Below, one piece after another: positions 58,332 through 64,000 of a stretch of DNA of 64,000 nt. The number at the start of each line of letters is the position of its first letter. Positions within the stretch are counted from its first letter, which is position 1. This stretch comes from the human T2T-CHM13v2.0 reference genome, Homo sapiens. The notes under the pieces are model-generated. The model was not told where the DNA came from. It saw nothing but the letters and a program-made list of their open reading frames with translations, and ran no database searches. The position numbers were made by a program, and so were the translations under genes. The stretch is from assembly GCF_009914755.1 (NCBI RefSeq), contig NC_060928.1. One strand, given 5' to 3'.

Positions 58332-64000
<5,669 letters not shown>

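Overview
This is primate (human-like) non-coding genomic DNA, AT-rich and roughly half transposon-derived. It contains Alu elements of J, S and Y age, L1PA/L1PB/L1M LINEs, L2 and MIR relics, MaLR and ERVL solo LTRs, hAT-family MITEs, and microsatellites. I cannot support any intact protein-coding gene. Most ORF-track hits lie in repeats or are short chance frames. The one recognisable gene-derived sequence is a full-length RPL21 processed pseudogene (minus strand, ~11.7-12.26 kb) with a 12-bp target-site duplication (TSD). The most unusual structures are two templated insertions inside L1 copies. The first is a ~295-bp inverted copy of non-L1 sequence from 43139-43430 sitting inside an L1PA at 46749-47043. 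The second is an 80-bp segment of an L1PB copied about 1 kb away within the same element. Weaker, motif-level candidates are a CTCF site (~39.0 kb), a plus-strand promoter/first exon (~51.7-52.07 kb) and a branch point plus acceptor (~57.9 kb). There is no CRISPR array, RNA gene or prokaryote-type system, and I found no evidence of a novel multi-gene system. Repeat subfamily names come from my recall of consensus sequences and need RepeatMasker/Dfam confirmation. Boundaries of old repeats are approximate.
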